A DNA stretch of 63,414 bases, filler included, from Reclinomonas americana ATCC 50394 (taxonomy: Eukaryota): assembly GCA_048213135.1 (NCBI GenBank). It is 3 parts of 3 records of this genome, joined end to end, with 100 filler letters (N's around TTAATTAATTAA, not from the genome) between each part and the next. Parts side by side here need not be neighbours in the genome. Positions count along the whole stretch, not along the records: positions 50,758 to 63,414 come from PS015588.1; 2 more parts are not named here. One strand, given 5' to 3'. A model generated the notes under the pieces. The model saw nothing but the letters and a program-made list of their open reading frames with translations, was not told the DNA's origin and made no database searches. Of this stretch, positions 61,217 to 63,414 are shown in pieces. A program made the position numbers and the translations under genes. Position 1 is the stretch's first letter. Every line of letters starts with the position of its first letter.

Positions 61217-63351
61217 AAACCGAGGCCCTCCGTCGCGACATCAACGATCGCTCGTTGCGCGCCTGGCGTGCGCAGACAGAACGCGCCTCGGCTCAGCCAC
61301 ATCCGCCCGACGAAGAGGGCGACCTGTTCACTGCGCTGTGGATCCGGTTGCAGGCGGCCGAAGAGCGCGTGCGTCAGGTCGAATCCTACTGGTCCTCGTT
61401 GCGGTGGCAGCAGAATAACACGCAGGAGCGGTGCGACGCGCTGGAACGAGACTTTAACGCCATCAAGGGAACACGCACGGTCATAAGTATATTGCGCGAC
61501 CGAATTGACGATCTGGAGCTCGGCTGTCGCAAGCTGCGCGCCGAGAAGCAGCAGCTGGAGGCACATGTCGACGAGGTTTTACCTGCTTCCCCTGTGTTTC
61601 CTTTTTCTTCACAATGGCTAACGCCACCCACCCACCCACCCTCCTTCACCAGTTGCGGCAGCGGTTGGAGTTGCTGGAGAAGCGGCCGAGCCCCGAAGCG
61701 GTGCCGCTGGTGAGTCCCGACTGGTTCTGCCTCGACGAAGCGCCTCCATGGTGCCACAGTGACGACGACGATGATGATGACGACGACGGCGGCGGTGGCG
61801 GCGGAGCGGGTGATGATGACAGCAGCAACCGGGAGGATGGCAAGCTCGGCGATGCGGATCGCAGTCTGCTGGAGGTTGGTTGAGAACTTTTTGTTGCTCG
61901 TGCGTCGCCGGTCTTTCTCCACACGTGACCGTTGTGTTTGCCTGCAGGTGGCCACCGCACTGCAAATGCGGGAGAAACCGCTGAACCCGAAAGTGCATGC
62001 ACTGATTACAGCGTTGCGTGCCAAAGCGCAGTTGCAACAGCATCAGCAGCAATCGGGGCCAGTCGGAAGCACACCACCAACATCGCCGCAACTTGGTCGT
62101 CGGGGGGCGCGGCGGCGGAGTATCGATTCGTTTTCACCAACTCTCTCGCCTCCGCAGCCAGACGCTCCATCACCGGTGACGGCGCTCCTGCTACGCCACC
62201 AGCAACAGCGCGGCCGTGCAGCAACGTCGACCGCCACCCGCGCCTCTGTATTTTCCACCTCGTACTCCCCTCTCAGCGTGCTGTCGCGAGTCACCGGCCG
62301 CGACACGGTTTCACTCCGGCAGGATCTGGCCCGCCGACTGTTCTCCAGCAGTCCAGTAGGCGACAGTGGTGGCACCAGCGGTGGCAGCTCAACGCCCCCA
62401 CCGGGACCAGCAGCAGACTCGCAGCCGGCGCCATCGTCGCCCAGCAGCATGCGACAATTGGCTCCCGTGGAGGAGCTGCTGTTTCACCAGCGGCGGCGCA
62501 TGACCGGCCGCTCGCTGACTATTGGCACCGCTGGCGAGATGCTGGCCGCACTCAATTCGCCTACCGCCGGCCACGGAGCTGCGTCGCCTCCCGGAATCGG
62601 CCCCTCCAATACGACTCCAACGGCCAGTCCCGGGGCGAGCAAGTTGCGCGGACCGCCGCTGGCGTTCTCGGCTCCCGCCTCTCCACTATCACACACCACG
62701 ACAAATGTGTTGGGCGGCACATCGTCGCTGTCGATCGACGTCTCGAGCAGCAACTGCTCTGTGACGTCGCTGGAAGGCGGAGGCGGCGCATTGCGGTCAG
62801 CGGTGTTGGGATCGGTGACGCCTGCTGGCTTGGCCGATCAGCAACTCTTGCTGCACGCCGTGACACGCAATGATCTGGCCCGAGTTGGTGCTCTCCTGGC
62901 ATCGGTAACCAACTGCGCACCCTCTTTCCCATTTGCGTGCGGTTTTCTGAGTCGTTGTTTGTTCCCACCTCGCTCGCAGGGCAAAGTCGATGCCAACGCC
63001 AAGGACGAGCAGTCGCGTAGCCTGCTGTATTGGGCGTGCTTCAGTGGCCACGAGCGAATGGCGGTGTTGCTCATGGAGGTCTGCAGAGAAAGGGAGAAAG
63101 AGTGCAGCGGGGAAAAATGCAGTCGCTGACTCGTCGCGTCTTTCAGCACGGTGCCTCTCCGTGCACCTCGACGGTTCACGGATCGACGCCCCTGCACTGG
63201 GCGGCGTTTGAGGATTTCTCGCCCTCGGTGATGCAGGTGATGGTGGATCGTGGCGCCGATCCGAACGCTCCAGACAACAAAGGCTCCACTCCCCTCTCGC
63301 ACGCCGCCATGCGCAATTGCAGTCGGGCCATTCGTTTCCTCATCTCCGCTG
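61217..63351 (+). CDS. Coiled-coil + Ser/Pro-rich + ankyrin-repeat protein (3' end off window)
   Basis: LLHAVTRND..|GKVDANAKDEQSRSLLYWACFSGH..|HGA..GSTPLHWAA..RGADPNAPDNKGSTPLSHAA, with GT-AG introns between the repeats. Confidence 0.88.
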
Positions 63352-63414
63352 GTGAGTGACCTTGTGTGTGTGTGTACGACACTGCGTCTGTTGTGGGGTC
63401 ATTGCCGACACCGT

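Noticed and set aside
1..63414. tRNA, rRNA, snRNA, spliced-leader genes and autonomous transposons
   Set aside because: No cloverleaf or A/B boxes, rRNA signatures, transposase or reverse-transcriptase motifs were recognised by eye. A covariance-model search would be needed to exclude small RNAs.

Overview
Gene-dense, GC-rich scaffold from an intron-rich unicellular eukaryote. An IFT46-like gene suggests it is flagellated; I cannot name the taxon. Introns I could trace are mostly 45-80 nt GT-AG, with relaxed donors (GTGCG/GTTGCG/GTGTG/GTTCG) and CTCAC/CTGAC-type branch points, and longer introns are inflated by CT/GA/CA microsatellites. The standard genetic code fits. About 16 genes are visible: two paralogous large secreted proteins with H-type-lectin-like modules (one with EGF repeats), an AIG1/ADTRP hydrolase, a Trx-Grx glutaredoxin (CKFS), a phage-type S74 chaperone-domain protein lacking its catalytic dyad, a highly repetitive 7xWD40 protein, FANCI, an ARM-like protein, a membrane-anchored KP-43-type subtilase, an IFT46-like/coiled-coil protein, an ankyrin protein and several hypotheticals. 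The most intriguing gene is an intron-containing gene for a family-A-polymerase-like palm protein (motifs VDIRSANF, SKxxR-LLG, SHDE). It resembles an uncharacterised bacterial/phage/giant-virus family as I recall it, and it lies head-to-head, 63 nt from a lectin gene. A ~400-bp non-coding element occurs twice, each time between divergent genes. The assembly has N gaps, two TTAATTAATTAA spacers and four contigs in reversed orientation whose reading frames rejoin when flipped. All homology calls are by-eye motif recognition, not database results.
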